Positions 55,846-64,000 of a stretch of DNA of 64,000 bases are shown here, piece after piece. The stretch spans positions 1-64,000 of IMG/VR virus record IMGVR_UViG_3300045988_089680; one strand, given 5' to 3'. Positions within the stretch are counted from its first letter, which is position 1. Each line of letters starts with the position of its first letter. The translations under genes and the position numbers were made by a program. This stretch comes from a virus. Under the pieces are notes generated by a model, which worked only from the letters and a program-made list of their open reading frames with translations, did no database searches and had not been told where the DNA came from.

Positions 55846-56283
55846 TTATATAGATTTCTTGATCTCGTTTTCAGAAAATATATGTCCATTCGCCAACTTC
55901 TCGAAAGCACTTGCAAGGTGCTCGTATGCTTTGCGTAGCTCTCGTATCTCTTCATCCTTTTGAGCGTTAATATTGATGAGATGATTGATAATAGTTAGCG
56001 AGTCAACCTGCTCTGCTTGCTTATCACGCAGAACTGTAGCTGACGAGCCTATTGACTCATCAAGCATATCTCCATCCCCAGTTAACAACCATTCCAGCCG
56101 ATACATAGGCTTGGCGGCACGAATAAGATTAGCTATTCGTGGACTTACCTTTTGTGTCTTACCTCGCAATGTGTCATACAAGGCTTGTGTCTTACTACCT
56201 ACCAGTCCTATCTGTTGACAGAGCTGTGCAGCATTGATACATTCGTGCGCTAAAATAGCGTTAATAACGTCTTTTCCTTCCAT
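55846..56283 (-). CDS. HTH repressor-like protein
   Basis: Motifs NAAQLCQQIGLVGSKTQALYDTLRG and LEWLLTGDGDML. I used the start at M9 of the track ORF. Confidence 0.5.
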   Translation of the reverse strand: MEGKDVINAILAHECINAAQLCQQIGLVGSKTQALYDTLRGKTQKVSPRIANLIRAAKPMYRLEWLLTGDGDMLDESIGSSATVLRDKQAEQVDSLTIINHLININAQKDEEIRELRKAYEHLASAFEKLANGHIFSENEIKKSI

Positions 56284-56350
56284 AATGTTAAATAATGCGA
56301 AAGACAAAGATATTTCTACGTTTTCTATGTTGGTAATATAGAAATAATCA

Positions 56351-56388
56351 CTATCTTTGCAACGTAAAACTTACAATAACGATACAAA
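56351..56388 (+). promoter_or_regulatory. early promoter/operator, copy 2
   Basis: Sequence cTAtcTTTGcaacgtaaaacttacaataacgatacaaa. Confidence 0.5.
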
Positions 56389-56407
56389 TTTAATAAAAAG
56401 TATTTAT

Positions 56408-56644
56408 ATGGCAAACAACAATGACACAAAATGTGTAGATATGACCCTAAAGGGTTATTACGAAAATCTACCAAAGGCGACTTATCCTAAAAAGGATTTT
56501 CTCGCACGTGTGATGATTGAGTGCGATGTCTCTTTCACCACCGCCAACAACTGGGTAAAAGGTCATACAAAACCTGTGAAGCAAAGTCAGATTTCGGCAC
56601 TTAGTAAAATAACTGGCATACCAGAAGAGAATCTATGGCAATAG
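56408..56644 (+). CDS. Cro-like small HTH protein
   Basis: 78 aa, divergent from the repressor-like gene. Motif FLARVMIECDVSFTTANNWVKG. Confidence 0.45.
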   Translation: MANNNDTKCVDMTLKGYYENLPKATYPKKDFLARVMIECDVSFTTANNWVKGHTKPVKQSQISALSKITGIPEENLWQ

Positions 56645-57195
56645 AGTTTTATCAATATAACGATGAACTTTGGTTCAAAACCAACGATGGAAGAAATCAG
56701 GTTTTTACAGAACATGATTCTGAAATCATTCAGAAGTTAATAGATGCAATCCGTGAACGTTATCCCTCTGCATATAAGGCCCTTGAACTTGAATATCAGA
56801 AGAGTTCACTAAATGCACCATATTACCAGTATTTGATAGTGAGAAGGTTCTGTAAATGCAATTTCGGAAAACTCGAAACAACATCTTACGATATAGAATC
56901 TTCTGGAAAATTCAACTTCGAGAAAGTAGAATGTCCGTTACGCGGTGAATGTAAGAATGAAGGTGTAATATGTTGCCCACGCTTTAATTCTAAGCTCTCA
57001 GAGGCAGAGCTAAGAGTTATGAGACTCGTTTACGAAGGTGTTAGTAAGGACGAAATATCAACACGTTTGTTCATAGCACCGAACACTATTAAGAATCACA
57101 TCAAATCAGTATATCTGAAATTAGGCATCCATGACCAAATTGAGTTTGTGAGATATGCAAACGATAATAATTTGTTTAACGATTTAAAGCACTAA
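56635..57195 (+). CDS. LuxR/GerE-type HTH transcriptional regulator with an N-terminal Cys-rich region
   Basis: Motif SEAELRVMRLVYEGVSKDEISTRLFIAPNTIKNHIKSVYLKLG. Confidence 0.6.
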   Translation: MAIEFYQYNDELWFKTNDGRNQVFTEHDSEIIQKLIDAIRERYPSAYKALELEYQKSSLNAPYYQYLIVRRFCKCNFGKLETTSYDIESSGKFNFEKVECPLRGECKNEGVICCPRFNSKLSEAELRVMRLVYEGVSKDEISTRLFIAPNTIKNHIKSVYLKLGIHDQIEFVRYANDNNLFNDLKH

Positions 57196-57200
57196 GAGCA

Positions 57201-58154
57201 ATGAGTATGATTAAAAGAAGCAATGAGATTACTATTTCGAAGAATGTTAAAATGATGGTTTACGGACAGGCTGGTATGGGTAAGACAACTTTCGCCCTCT
57301 CTGCACCTAAGCCTTTGTTGCTTGACTTTGATAATGGTGTCAAGCGTGTTAATACAGCACATTTGGATGATAGCGTAGGTATCGTTCAGATTGATAGTTG
57401 GCAAGACGTGATGAATTTGCTGAACTACAACAAGAATGACTTGGCAGAGTTCGATACCATCGTAGTAGACACCATCGGAAAGATGATAGACTACATCATT
57501 CAATATCGCTGCAACGGTCGCAACCCGCAGATTCAAGACTGGGGAACTATTAACAATGACTTCAAGTGGTTTACTTCGTCCCTCTCATCACTTAACAAGA
57601 ATATTGTATTTGTTGCACATCGTGACACTCGCAAGGAAGGGGAAAGCACAGTATTCATTCCTGCGCTCCGTGAGAAGAACTACAATAGTATCGTAACTGA
57701 CTTGGACCTTCTTGGCTATCTCGAAATGAGAAGTGAGAATGGTCGTCAGATGAGAACTATCACTTTTGACCCGACAAGCCGAAACGACGGAAAGAATACA
57801 TGTCAGCTTCCTGGTTGTATGCAGATACCAGTAATCCTTGATGCAAACGGACAGCCAACAGCCCCGAACAACTTCATCGCCACTCAGATTCTCTCACGTT
57901 ATCAGTCTATGATAGCACAGAAGGAGAAAAAGGTTAAGGAGTACAATAAGGCTCTTGACGAAATAAAAGAAAGCGTACAATTGATTACAGATGCACAAGG
58001 AGCTAACCATTTCATCGGGCACATCAAAGATTATGCAAACTTGGGCAACTCAGTAATTCTTCATGCAAGAAGTCTGTTCACCGAGAAGGCCAGTGCACTG
58101 AAGTTGGTTTACAATAAGGAGACCAAGCAATACGAGGACCCACAAGAAGCATAA
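57201..58154 (+). CDS. Sak4-like/AAA_24 RecA-fold ATPase
   Basis: Motif MMVYGQAGMGKTTFAL..PLLLDFDNG. Its start lies in the CACTAAGAGCAATG context. Confidence 0.6.
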   Translation: MSMIKRSNEITISKNVKMMVYGQAGMGKTTFALSAPKPLLLDFDNGVKRVNTAHLDDSVGIVQIDSWQDVMNLLNYNKNDLAEFDTIVVDTIGKMIDYIIQYRCNGRNPQIQDWGTINNDFKWFTSSLSSLNKNIVFVAHRDTRKEGESTVFIPALREKNYNSIVTDLDLLGYLEMRSENGRQMRTITFDPTSRNDGKNTCQLPGCMQIPVILDANGQPTAPNNFIATQILSRYQSMIAQKEKKVKEYNKALDEIKESVQLITDAQGANHFIGHIKDYANLGNSVILHARSLFTEKASALKLVYNKETKQYEDPQEA

Positions 58155-58158
58155 CGTT

Positions 58159-58941
58159 ATGGAAGTAGTCAAGTTTAGGTTCTATGCGACGCTTTTGGAT
58201 GCGTATCAGAACTACCTTGATAGTGACATCATTTGGAGTAAGTATTGGGGATGGTCTGAAAATCCACCCCATACTCCAGAAGAGTTCAAGAAGATACAAT
58301 TCCAGTCGTTAATAGATAGAATAAATCGAGTACCATTCGATAGTGAAGCTGCTGACAAAGGCACAGCATTCAATGAGGTTATTGATTGTATGGTCCTTCA
58401 TCGTAACTCGGAGAATATGGATATTCACACCATTTATCAAGAAGTAGAAGAATATCCGTATAGCAAAAGGGTTCCTGTCGGTGTAGAAGCAAAGCTGAAC
58501 GGCAGAAGTTTCTGCTTCCCTATTCAGCTAGTCCGACATTATGCAACCTACTATAAAGGAGCATTGCCACAGGTTTATATACAAGCTGTCTTGCCTACCA
58601 TGTATGGCAAAGTAATGCTGTATGGGTATATTGATTACCTTATGCCGTTCTGTACTCATGATCTGAAAACAACACGTCAGTATGCAGTTGGCAATTACAA
58701 AAGACACTGGCAACATAAGGTCTATCCTTATGCTCTCATGAAGAATGGTTGTGATGTTTACGACTTCGAATACAATATCTCGGAAATCGGAAAGACGTAT
58801 TACAGAAACTATACGGAAAGTTATACGTTTAACCCTAAAAGGGATATTCCTCTACTCACTCAACACTGCGAAGGATTGATTAGTTTCATTCAAGAAAACA
58901 GAGATTTGATAACAGACAAGAAAATATTCAATTTAGTTTAA
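58159..58941 (+). CDS. PD-(D/E)xK (RecB/Cas4-like) exonuclease
   Basis: Motifs GYIDYL...HDLKTT...WQHKVY (D, DxK, QxxxY). Confidence 0.5.
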   Translation: MEVVKFRFYATLLDAYQNYLDSDIIWSKYWGWSENPPHTPEEFKKIQFQSLIDRINRVPFDSEAADKGTAFNEVIDCMVLHRNSENMDIHTIYQEVEEYPYSKRVPVGVEAKLNGRSFCFPIQLVRHYATYYKGALPQVYIQAVLPTMYGKVMLYGYIDYLMPFCTHDLKTTRQYAVGNYKRHWQHKVYPYALMKNGCDVYDFEYNISEIGKTYYRNYTESYTFNPKRDIPLLTQHCEGLISFIQENRDLITDKKIFNLV

Positions 58942-58942
58942 T

Positions 58943-59146
58943 ATGGCAGAAAAAAAGAAAAAGAGCGCAAAGATGTCTTCAAACGAAGACGATGCAGCAG
59001 ATGCTTTTGCAGCTGCTATGGGACAATCAGTAGCTCCTCCAGTTCCAACTGAAATACGTAATTACGTTTGTTCTGGCACAAATGACTCATTGGAATGTTT
59101 GGAACGCTTCATGCGTGACAATGGTATCACTTTTAATGTTCAGTAA
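58943..59146 (+). CDS. hypothetical protein
   Basis: 67-aa ORF. Confidence 0.35.
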   Translation: MAEKKKKSAKMSSNEDDAADAFAAAMGQSVAPPVPTEIRNYVCSGTNDSLECLERFMRDNGITFNVQ

Positions 59147-59148
59147 AA

Positions 59149-59667
59149 ATGGCATTTCAGATTAGTGGAATTATTCAGCATATAGGGAATACGGAGAGTA
59201 TTCCCTATCAAGACAAAGTCTTCAAAAAAAGAGAGCTTGTCTTGGATTGCTCCTATCGTAACCAGTTCACAGGGCAGATAGAGAGAGCAAACTATCCAAA
59301 GTTCGAGTTTACAGGCAATCACGTTGACGATCTGAACGGCTTCAATATTGGTGATATTGTGACGGTATCATTCTCCTTGAATGGTTCACGCTCAGAGAAA
59401 GATGGGCAAGTCAGATACTTCACTAACGTTCAAGGTTATAAAATCGATAAATATCAATCTCGTTATAATCAGCAACAGGGTGGAAATCAACCTACGCAAG
59501 CCGTTAATGGTAGTCAGCCTACCAACTCACAAGGTGCAGGGCAAATGAGCGCACAACAATCAGCTATGGAGTCTGCAAGAAACGCAGCATCAGCTTCTAA
59601 TTTCCCTCCAGCTGTAGATGAAAACGGTATCCCGATTCAAGGTAATAGCGATGATTTACCATTTTAA
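59149..59667 (+). CDS. ssb: single-stranded DNA-binding protein (DUF3127-type OB fold with an acidic DDLPF tip)
   Basis: The N-terminal OB-like region is followed by a Q/G-rich linker and a C-terminal NSDDLPF. Confidence 0.6.
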   Translation: MAFQISGIIQHIGNTESIPYQDKVFKKRELVLDCSYRNQFTGQIERANYPKFEFTGNHVDDLNGFNIGDIVTVSFSLNGSRSEKDGQVRYFTNVQGYKIDKYQSRYNQQQGGNQPTQAVNGSQPTNSQGAGQMSAQQSAMESARNAASASNFPPAVDENGIPIQGNSDDLPF

Positions 59668-59677
59668 GAAATAGAAT

Positions 59678-60118
59678 ATGGCACTCTATAATTTGAAAAA
59701 CCCATACGAAAGAGAAAGGTTCAAAGAGAAATGCAGAGAGTTGTATATTAATCAGTCTTATGTAGAGCTGAAAAAAAAGGCGACTCAACGGTCTTTGGCT
59801 CAGAACAGCTATCTCCATCTACTGTTAGGCTACTTCGCGTCAGAATTTGGCTACACACTCGAAGAAGTCAAGTTTGACATATTCAAGAAGATATGCAACA
59901 GAGATATATTCGAAAAAAAACGAATAAACAAAAGAGGACAAGAAGTTACCTACATCAGAAGTAGTACAGAGCTTGATAAGGCCGAAATGACAACTGCAAT
60001 AGAAAGGTTTAGGAATTATAGCAGTGCCCAATGTGGGTTATATCTTCCAGAAGCAAACGAGGGTGAAGCTTTATTTTTCGCCCAACAGCAGATGGATCAG
60101 TACAAAGAATATCAATAA
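59678..60118 (+). CDS. possible NinB/Orf-like recombination mediator
   Basis: Weak resemblance only: RSLAQNSYLHLLLGYFA. Confidence 0.3.
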   Translation: MALYNLKNPYERERFKEKCRELYINQSYVELKKKATQRSLAQNSYLHLLLGYFASEFGYTLEEVKFDIFKKICNRDIFEKKRINKRGQEVTYIRSSTELDKAEMTTAIERFRNYSSAQCGLYLPEANEGEALFFAQQQMDQYKEYQ

Positions 60119-60133
60119 TAAAAAAATACAACT

Positions 60134-60829
60134 ATGTTATCAGATTTGAAAAATTACTGTCCGAAGGAAATAGAGTTCAACCTTTCAGACAAAGACAAAG
60201 AAATGTTCGGTGAAGTGTTGGTACTTTGCCCAGAGTGTAAGTCTGCAAAAGAAGTATTCAAGAAGATAAAAGACAAATTCAATGCGACCTTCCCTAACGG
60301 CGAAAACGCAGAGCGTAAGTATGACAGTTTCGAGGTTACTGCCATCCGTGAGGAATATTGCGTAAAGCAGGAAAATGAAGCTCCTAAGCGCAAGACGGAA
60401 CTTGAATGCACCCTTGCGCAAATCAAGCAAATGAAAAAGGACGCAGAAGAAGCCTACAATTCGGTACTGCTTGAAATCGCAGACTTGGCTGCAAAAGTAA
60501 AGAACGGACTTACCGATTACCGTCTGTCAGCTAATGACACAATGCGTATAGCTCTGAATGGTCACTACCTCACCTACTCGTGGGTTGATGAAAAGTTTCA
60601 GCTCTGTAAAGTAGAACCTATATCTCCATTCGAGAAGGGCAGTCTATGGGCCCAAGAGGACACAAACCGTAAAGTCATGTTAGAAGAGTTCGGCATAGAG
60701 TTCCCAGAAGTGGACAAACCTGTAGAGGAAGACAAAAACGACAGCACGGACAACAATGGTAACGATTTGCCGTTTGGCGACGAAGACCCTTCATTGGGCG
60801 ATGATGACGAACCAAATTTAGATGAATAA
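60134..60829 (+). CDS. hypothetical protein with an acidic tail containing an SSB-tip-like DLPF
   Basis: 231 aa, ending NGNDLPFGDEDPSLGDDDEPNLDE. Confidence 0.45.
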   Translation: MLSDLKNYCPKEIEFNLSDKDKEMFGEVLVLCPECKSAKEVFKKIKDKFNATFPNGENAERKYDSFEVTAIREEYCVKQENEAPKRKTELECTLAQIKQMKKDAEEAYNSVLLEIADLAAKVKNGLTDYRLSANDTMRIALNGHYLTYSWVDEKFQLCKVEPISPFEKGSLWAQEDTNRKVMLEEFGIEFPEVDKPVEEDKNDSTDNNGNDLPFGDEDPSLGDDDEPNLDE

Positions 60830-62007
60830 TGATTTATCAGTTACGAGACTACCAACAGAGAGCAAGTGATGCTGCTGTTAGAGCGTTTCAAAGTAAATCT
60901 AAAAGTAACGGACTCCTTATCCTGCCCACTGGAGCAGGAAAGAGTCTTGTTATTGCTGATATTGCTTCACGTCTTGATGGACCTTTACTTGTATTTCAGC
61001 CGAGCAAAGAAATCCTTGAACAGAACTTTGCTAAACTGCAAAGCTATGGTGTGGTAGACTGTGGTGTTTATTCAGCATCAGTAGGATGCAAAGACATTAA
61101 TCGTATTACCTTCGCTACAATAGGCAGTGTCATGAACCACATGCGCGACTTCGCACATTTCAAGAATGTAATGATAGATGAATGCCATTATGTGAACAGC
61201 AAGGGCGGTCAGTACAAAGATTTTATAGAAGCAGAGAATCGTAGAGTCGTAGGATTAACTGCAACACCTTATAGGTTAGGAAAGGGATTAAATGGGCTAT
61301 CAATGTTGAAGTTTCTTACTCGTACACGTCCAAGAATCTTCGATACAGTCTTATACTATTGTCAAATAAGCGATTTGTTGGCTAAAGGTTATCTTGCTGA
61401 CCTTCGATATTTTGACTGTACGCAGCTTGATATGAGCCAAGTAAAAACCAATTCGACTGGTGCTGATTACGATGAAGAAAGTCTAAAGCTTGAATATGAA
61501 CGAAGCGGTTTTTACGACCAACTTACATCTACAACAATCAGGGTCTTAAAACCAAAGAACAAGATACCAAGAAAGGGAGTTCTTGTCTTCACTCGATTTA
61601 TAGATGAAGCAGAAAAACTTACAAATAAGCTCAGTTCACTTGGAATCAAATCAGCCATAGTAACCGGAACAACCCCGAAGGTAGAACGTGAAAGTATACT
61701 CAAGGAGTTCACGTCAGGTAAGATTAAAGTTGTTTCAAACGTGGGGACACTCACAACTGGTTTTGATTACCCTGCCCTTGATACAGTAATACTTGCAAGG
61801 CCTACTAAGTCTCTGTCACTCTATTATCAAATGGTAGGACGAGCAATACGCCCATTTCAAGGTAAAGACGGATGGATTATAGACCTTGGAGGAAACTATA
61901 AAAGGTTTGGTGATGTAAGTCACCTAAAAATAGACCTCGAACTACCTGGAAGTACAAGATGGTGTATAAGGTCTCAAGGAAAACAATTAACGAACGTAAC
62001 ATTTTAG
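60829..62007 (+). CDS. SF2 DEAD/DEAH-box helicase
   Basis: Motifs LILPTGAGKS, MIDECH, GLTATPYR and the motif VI-like YYQMVGRAIR. Confidence 0.8.
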   Translation: MIYQLRDYQQRASDAAVRAFQSKSKSNGLLILPTGAGKSLVIADIASRLDGPLLVFQPSKEILEQNFAKLQSYGVVDCGVYSASVGCKDINRITFATIGSVMNHMRDFAHFKNVMIDECHYVNSKGGQYKDFIEAENRRVVGLTATPYRLGKGLNGLSMLKFLTRTRPRIFDTVLYYCQISDLLAKGYLADLRYFDCTQLDMSQVKTNSTGADYDEESLKLEYERSGFYDQLTSTTIRVLKPKNKIPRKGVLVFTRFIDEAEKLTNKLSSLGIKSAIVTGTTPKVERESILKEFTSGKIKVVSNVGTLTTGFDYPALDTVILARPTKSLSLYYQMVGRAIRPFQGKDGWIIDLGGNYKRFGDVSHLKIDLELPGSTRWCIRSQGKQLTNVTF

Positions 62008-62011
62008 CATT

Positions 62012-62746
62012 ATGGAGATAAAAGGCAAAGTACATTGTTTCTTTGAACAATCTGGAACATTCAAGAATGAGTTTATAAAGCTTGGTATTCCAGCGGAAGA
62101 TTATGACATACAGAATGACTTCGGACAAACTGAAAACATTGTTGATCTGTTTAAGGAAATAGAAGCAGCTTATGAAGACAAGCCATCTATCTTTGACAAG
62201 ATAGAAAAAGACGACTTAATCTTAGCCTTTTTTCCTTGTATATATTTCTCTGCAATGAGTCAGATGGCGATGTACTACGGATGTACTAATTATCGCAAGA
62301 AGACAACAAAAGAAGCTACTGATATGATATTAGAACGTTCAGTAAACAGAGAGAAATTCTTTCGGCTTGCAGTAAAAATGGTCTCAGTTGTAAAAATCAG
62401 GGGGGGCAGACTTATTATGGAGAACCCATGGAGTGAACAAACATTCTTGAAAAGCAATTTCGTCTTACCACCTACCATCATTGACAACAACAGATTGTTG
62501 CGTGGTGATTATTACAAAAAGCCAACAGCATATTGGTTTATTGGTTGTGAACCTACAAATGGGAAGAGTTTGCAAAAGAACAAAATACAGAAAACAATCA
62601 TTAAAGCAAGGGGAAGTAAACAATCTGGCATTTGTTCAACAGAGCGAAGCCTTATTTCTGCAGATTATGCAAGAAACTTTATATGCGATTTTATCTTAGG
62701 TAAACAACAAAAGGGATTGTCTATTCCTCAACTTTTTAAAATATAA
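62012..62746 (+). CDS. C5-cytosine DNA methyltransferase-like protein (short)
   Basis: Motif I-like FFEQSGTF, motif IV-like FFPCIYFS and motif VI-like IMENPW. No clear TRD or motifs IX-X are visible. Confidence 0.4.
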   Translation: MEIKGKVHCFFEQSGTFKNEFIKLGIPAEDYDIQNDFGQTENIVDLFKEIEAAYEDKPSIFDKIEKDDLILAFFPCIYFSAMSQMAMYYGCTNYRKKTTKEATDMILERSVNREKFFRLAVKMVSVVKIRGGRLIMENPWSEQTFLKSNFVLPPTIIDNNRLLRGDYYKKPTAYWFIGCEPTNGKSLQKNKIQKTIIKARGSKQSGICSTERSLISADYARNFICDFILGKQQKGLSIPQLFKI

Positions 62747-63357
62747 TGGATATGATAATTGAATCAAGACAAATTAAAGAGTGGGTCAAAAGAGCCTACG
62801 ATAATGCTGTCAAACATGGATGGCATGAAGAAGAAAAGTCAAATGCGCATTGGTTGATGATGGTTTGCACAGAAGTAGCAGAAGCCGTACAAGCTGACCG
62901 CAAAGGAAACTATATGGACGACCTTGACAAAGAAGGTCTTAAAACTGTACTTGCCAACGACCAAGGTAGCGGTTTGTTCAACAAATACTACTCTGATACC
63001 ATCGAGGGAAAAGTAGAAAGCGAGTTGGCAGATATTTGTATTCGTGTCTTTGATTTAATGGGTGTTTGTGATGTTGTGCCAAATGCCGGATTTTCCACAT
63101 TTGACTCTGAGGTTAAGTATGTTAAACAGCATAGCTTTACTGAGAACGCTATGACTGTTACTAGAACTATTGTTTCGTGCAACCTTAACCCATCTATAAG
63201 TGTAAAGGCAGAAATGTTCTATGTCTTATATAAAAGTATTCTTTCCTCCGTATTTGAATGGGCAGAAGCACTTGGAATCGACCTCGTTCAGCACATCAAC
63301 TTGAAGATGCGTTATAACGAAAGCAGAGAGTACCATCACGGAAATAAGCTGTATTAA
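62746..63357 (+). CDS. MazG-like nucleotide pyrophosphohydrolase
   Basis: Motifs CTEVAEAVQADRKG and SELADICIRVFDLMG. Confidence 0.5.
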   Translation: MDMIIESRQIKEWVKRAYDNAVKHGWHEEEKSNAHWLMMVCTEVAEAVQADRKGNYMDDLDKEGLKTVLANDQGSGLFNKYYSDTIEGKVESELADICIRVFDLMGVCDVVPNAGFSTFDSEVKYVKQHSFTENAMTVTRTIVSCNLNPSISVKAEMFYVLYKSILSSVFEWAEALGIDLVQHINLKMRYNESREYHHGNKLY

Positions 63358-63371
63358 AGAGTCCTAGGGTT

Positions 63372-63860
63372 ATGAATAAATACTATTTCAATCGCAAACC
63401 AAAAGTTGCTCAAACAGCAGAAAAAGTGGTTAAAAAGAGAAATTACAAGAGCAAACCAAACTTGGTAAAAAAACTCGATAGATTGTTCTCCCTTTACATA
63501 CGTCTTCGTGATGCTATGCCGAATGGATACGTTCGGTGTATCTCATGTGGAAAGATTAAAACCTTTGACGATGTAGATTGTGGCCACTTCTACAGTCGTA
63601 CTCATATGTCAACAAGGTTTGACGAAGACAATTGTAATGCAGAATGTAAATTCTGTAACAGGTTCAGCGCAGATCATCTTATAGCTTACCAAACAAACCT
63701 CATACGTAAGATAGGCATAAGTCGGTTTGAAAAACTTGGCTTAAAGGCAAAATCCACTTGTCATTGGCTTGACAGTGAACTGGAAGATAGAATAAAGTAT
63801 TACTCTCAGAAAGTAAACGAACTAAGCCGTGAAAAGGCAATAAGAGTAAAAGTTAAATAA
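63372..63860 (+). CDS. ninG: NinG/Rap-like recombination endonuclease
   Basis: Motif LFSLYIRLRDA..GYVRCISCGK...DCGHFYSR...RFDEDNCNAECKFCN. Confidence 0.6.
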   Translation: MNKYYFNRKPKVAQTAEKVVKKRNYKSKPNLVKKLDRLFSLYIRLRDAMPNGYVRCISCGKIKTFDDVDCGHFYSRTHMSTRFDEDNCNAECKFCNRFSADHLIAYQTNLIRKIGISRFEKLGLKAKSTCHWLDSELEDRIKYYSQKVNELSREKAIRVKVK

Positions 63861-63890
63861 TGATAGTCTAAGATTTTTTATCCTTGGAAA

Positions 63891-63930
63891 TATTGGTCAT
63901 TCAAATACTTTTAACTATCTTTGCAAACAA
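63891..63930 (+). promoter_or_regulatory. conserved 40-bp promoter module, copy 4
   Basis: Sequence tattggtcattcaaatacttttaacTAtcTTTGcaaacaa. Confidence 0.55.
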
Positions 63931-64000
63931 GAATAACATCAGGAACGTGGAACTTTCTGATAAAACATATTGAATCCTCGACAAGTATTGCTTCTGTTCC

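Overview
The whole 64-kb window looks like one temperate siphovirus-type phage genome with no recognisable host flanks. The host is probably Bacteroidota/Bacteroidales: promoters fit TTTG-N19-TAnnTTTG, Shine-Dalgarno sites are largely absent, and the integrase has a Bacteroides-type Arm domain. Gene order on the + strand: small unknown genes (1-2230); portal; a MuF head protein fused to a RelA/SpoT-like toxin domain, followed by an HD-domain alarmone hydrolase; unknown genes; DUF488; an atypical tRNA-Gly-like gene; a translationally coupled four-gene operon (opine dehydrogenase-like, amidoligase, ParB-like, ATP-grasp); TerS, a small HExxH protein and TerL; a RadC-like protein; scaffold, decoration-like and major capsid proteins; head-tail and tail genes; a 1703-aa tape measure; a baseplate/fibre cluster carrying a diversity-generating retroelement (VR 36488-36597, TR 36774-36883, RT 37143-38662); lysozyme and a holin-like protein; and a seven- to eight-gene accessory block. 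Next come a minus-strand tyrosine integrase with 11-bp tandem repeats, an HsdR_N-like nuclease, three divergent control regions, an iteron plus AT-rich putative origin, and a recombination/replication module (Sak4-like ATPase, PD-(D/E)xK nuclease, SSB, SF2 helicase, C5-MTase-like, MazG-like, NinG-like). The observation I rate highest is a promoter- and terminator-bounded ~78-nt intergenic element (16370-16447) after terL. Its loop and linker are antisense to a start-codon-overlapping motif (CACTAAGAGCAATG and shorter forms) found at 10 or more sites, and to the 5' leader of a duplicated 224-bp regulatory region. This makes it a candidate trans-acting phage sRNA. Other notable items are the metabolic/ligase operon with its non-canonical tRNA-Gly(UCC)-like gene, the Avd-less DGR with an extended RT, the MuF-toxin/hydrolase pair, and two further aberrant tRNA-like elements. 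All family assignments rest on motif recognition by eye, because no searches could be run.
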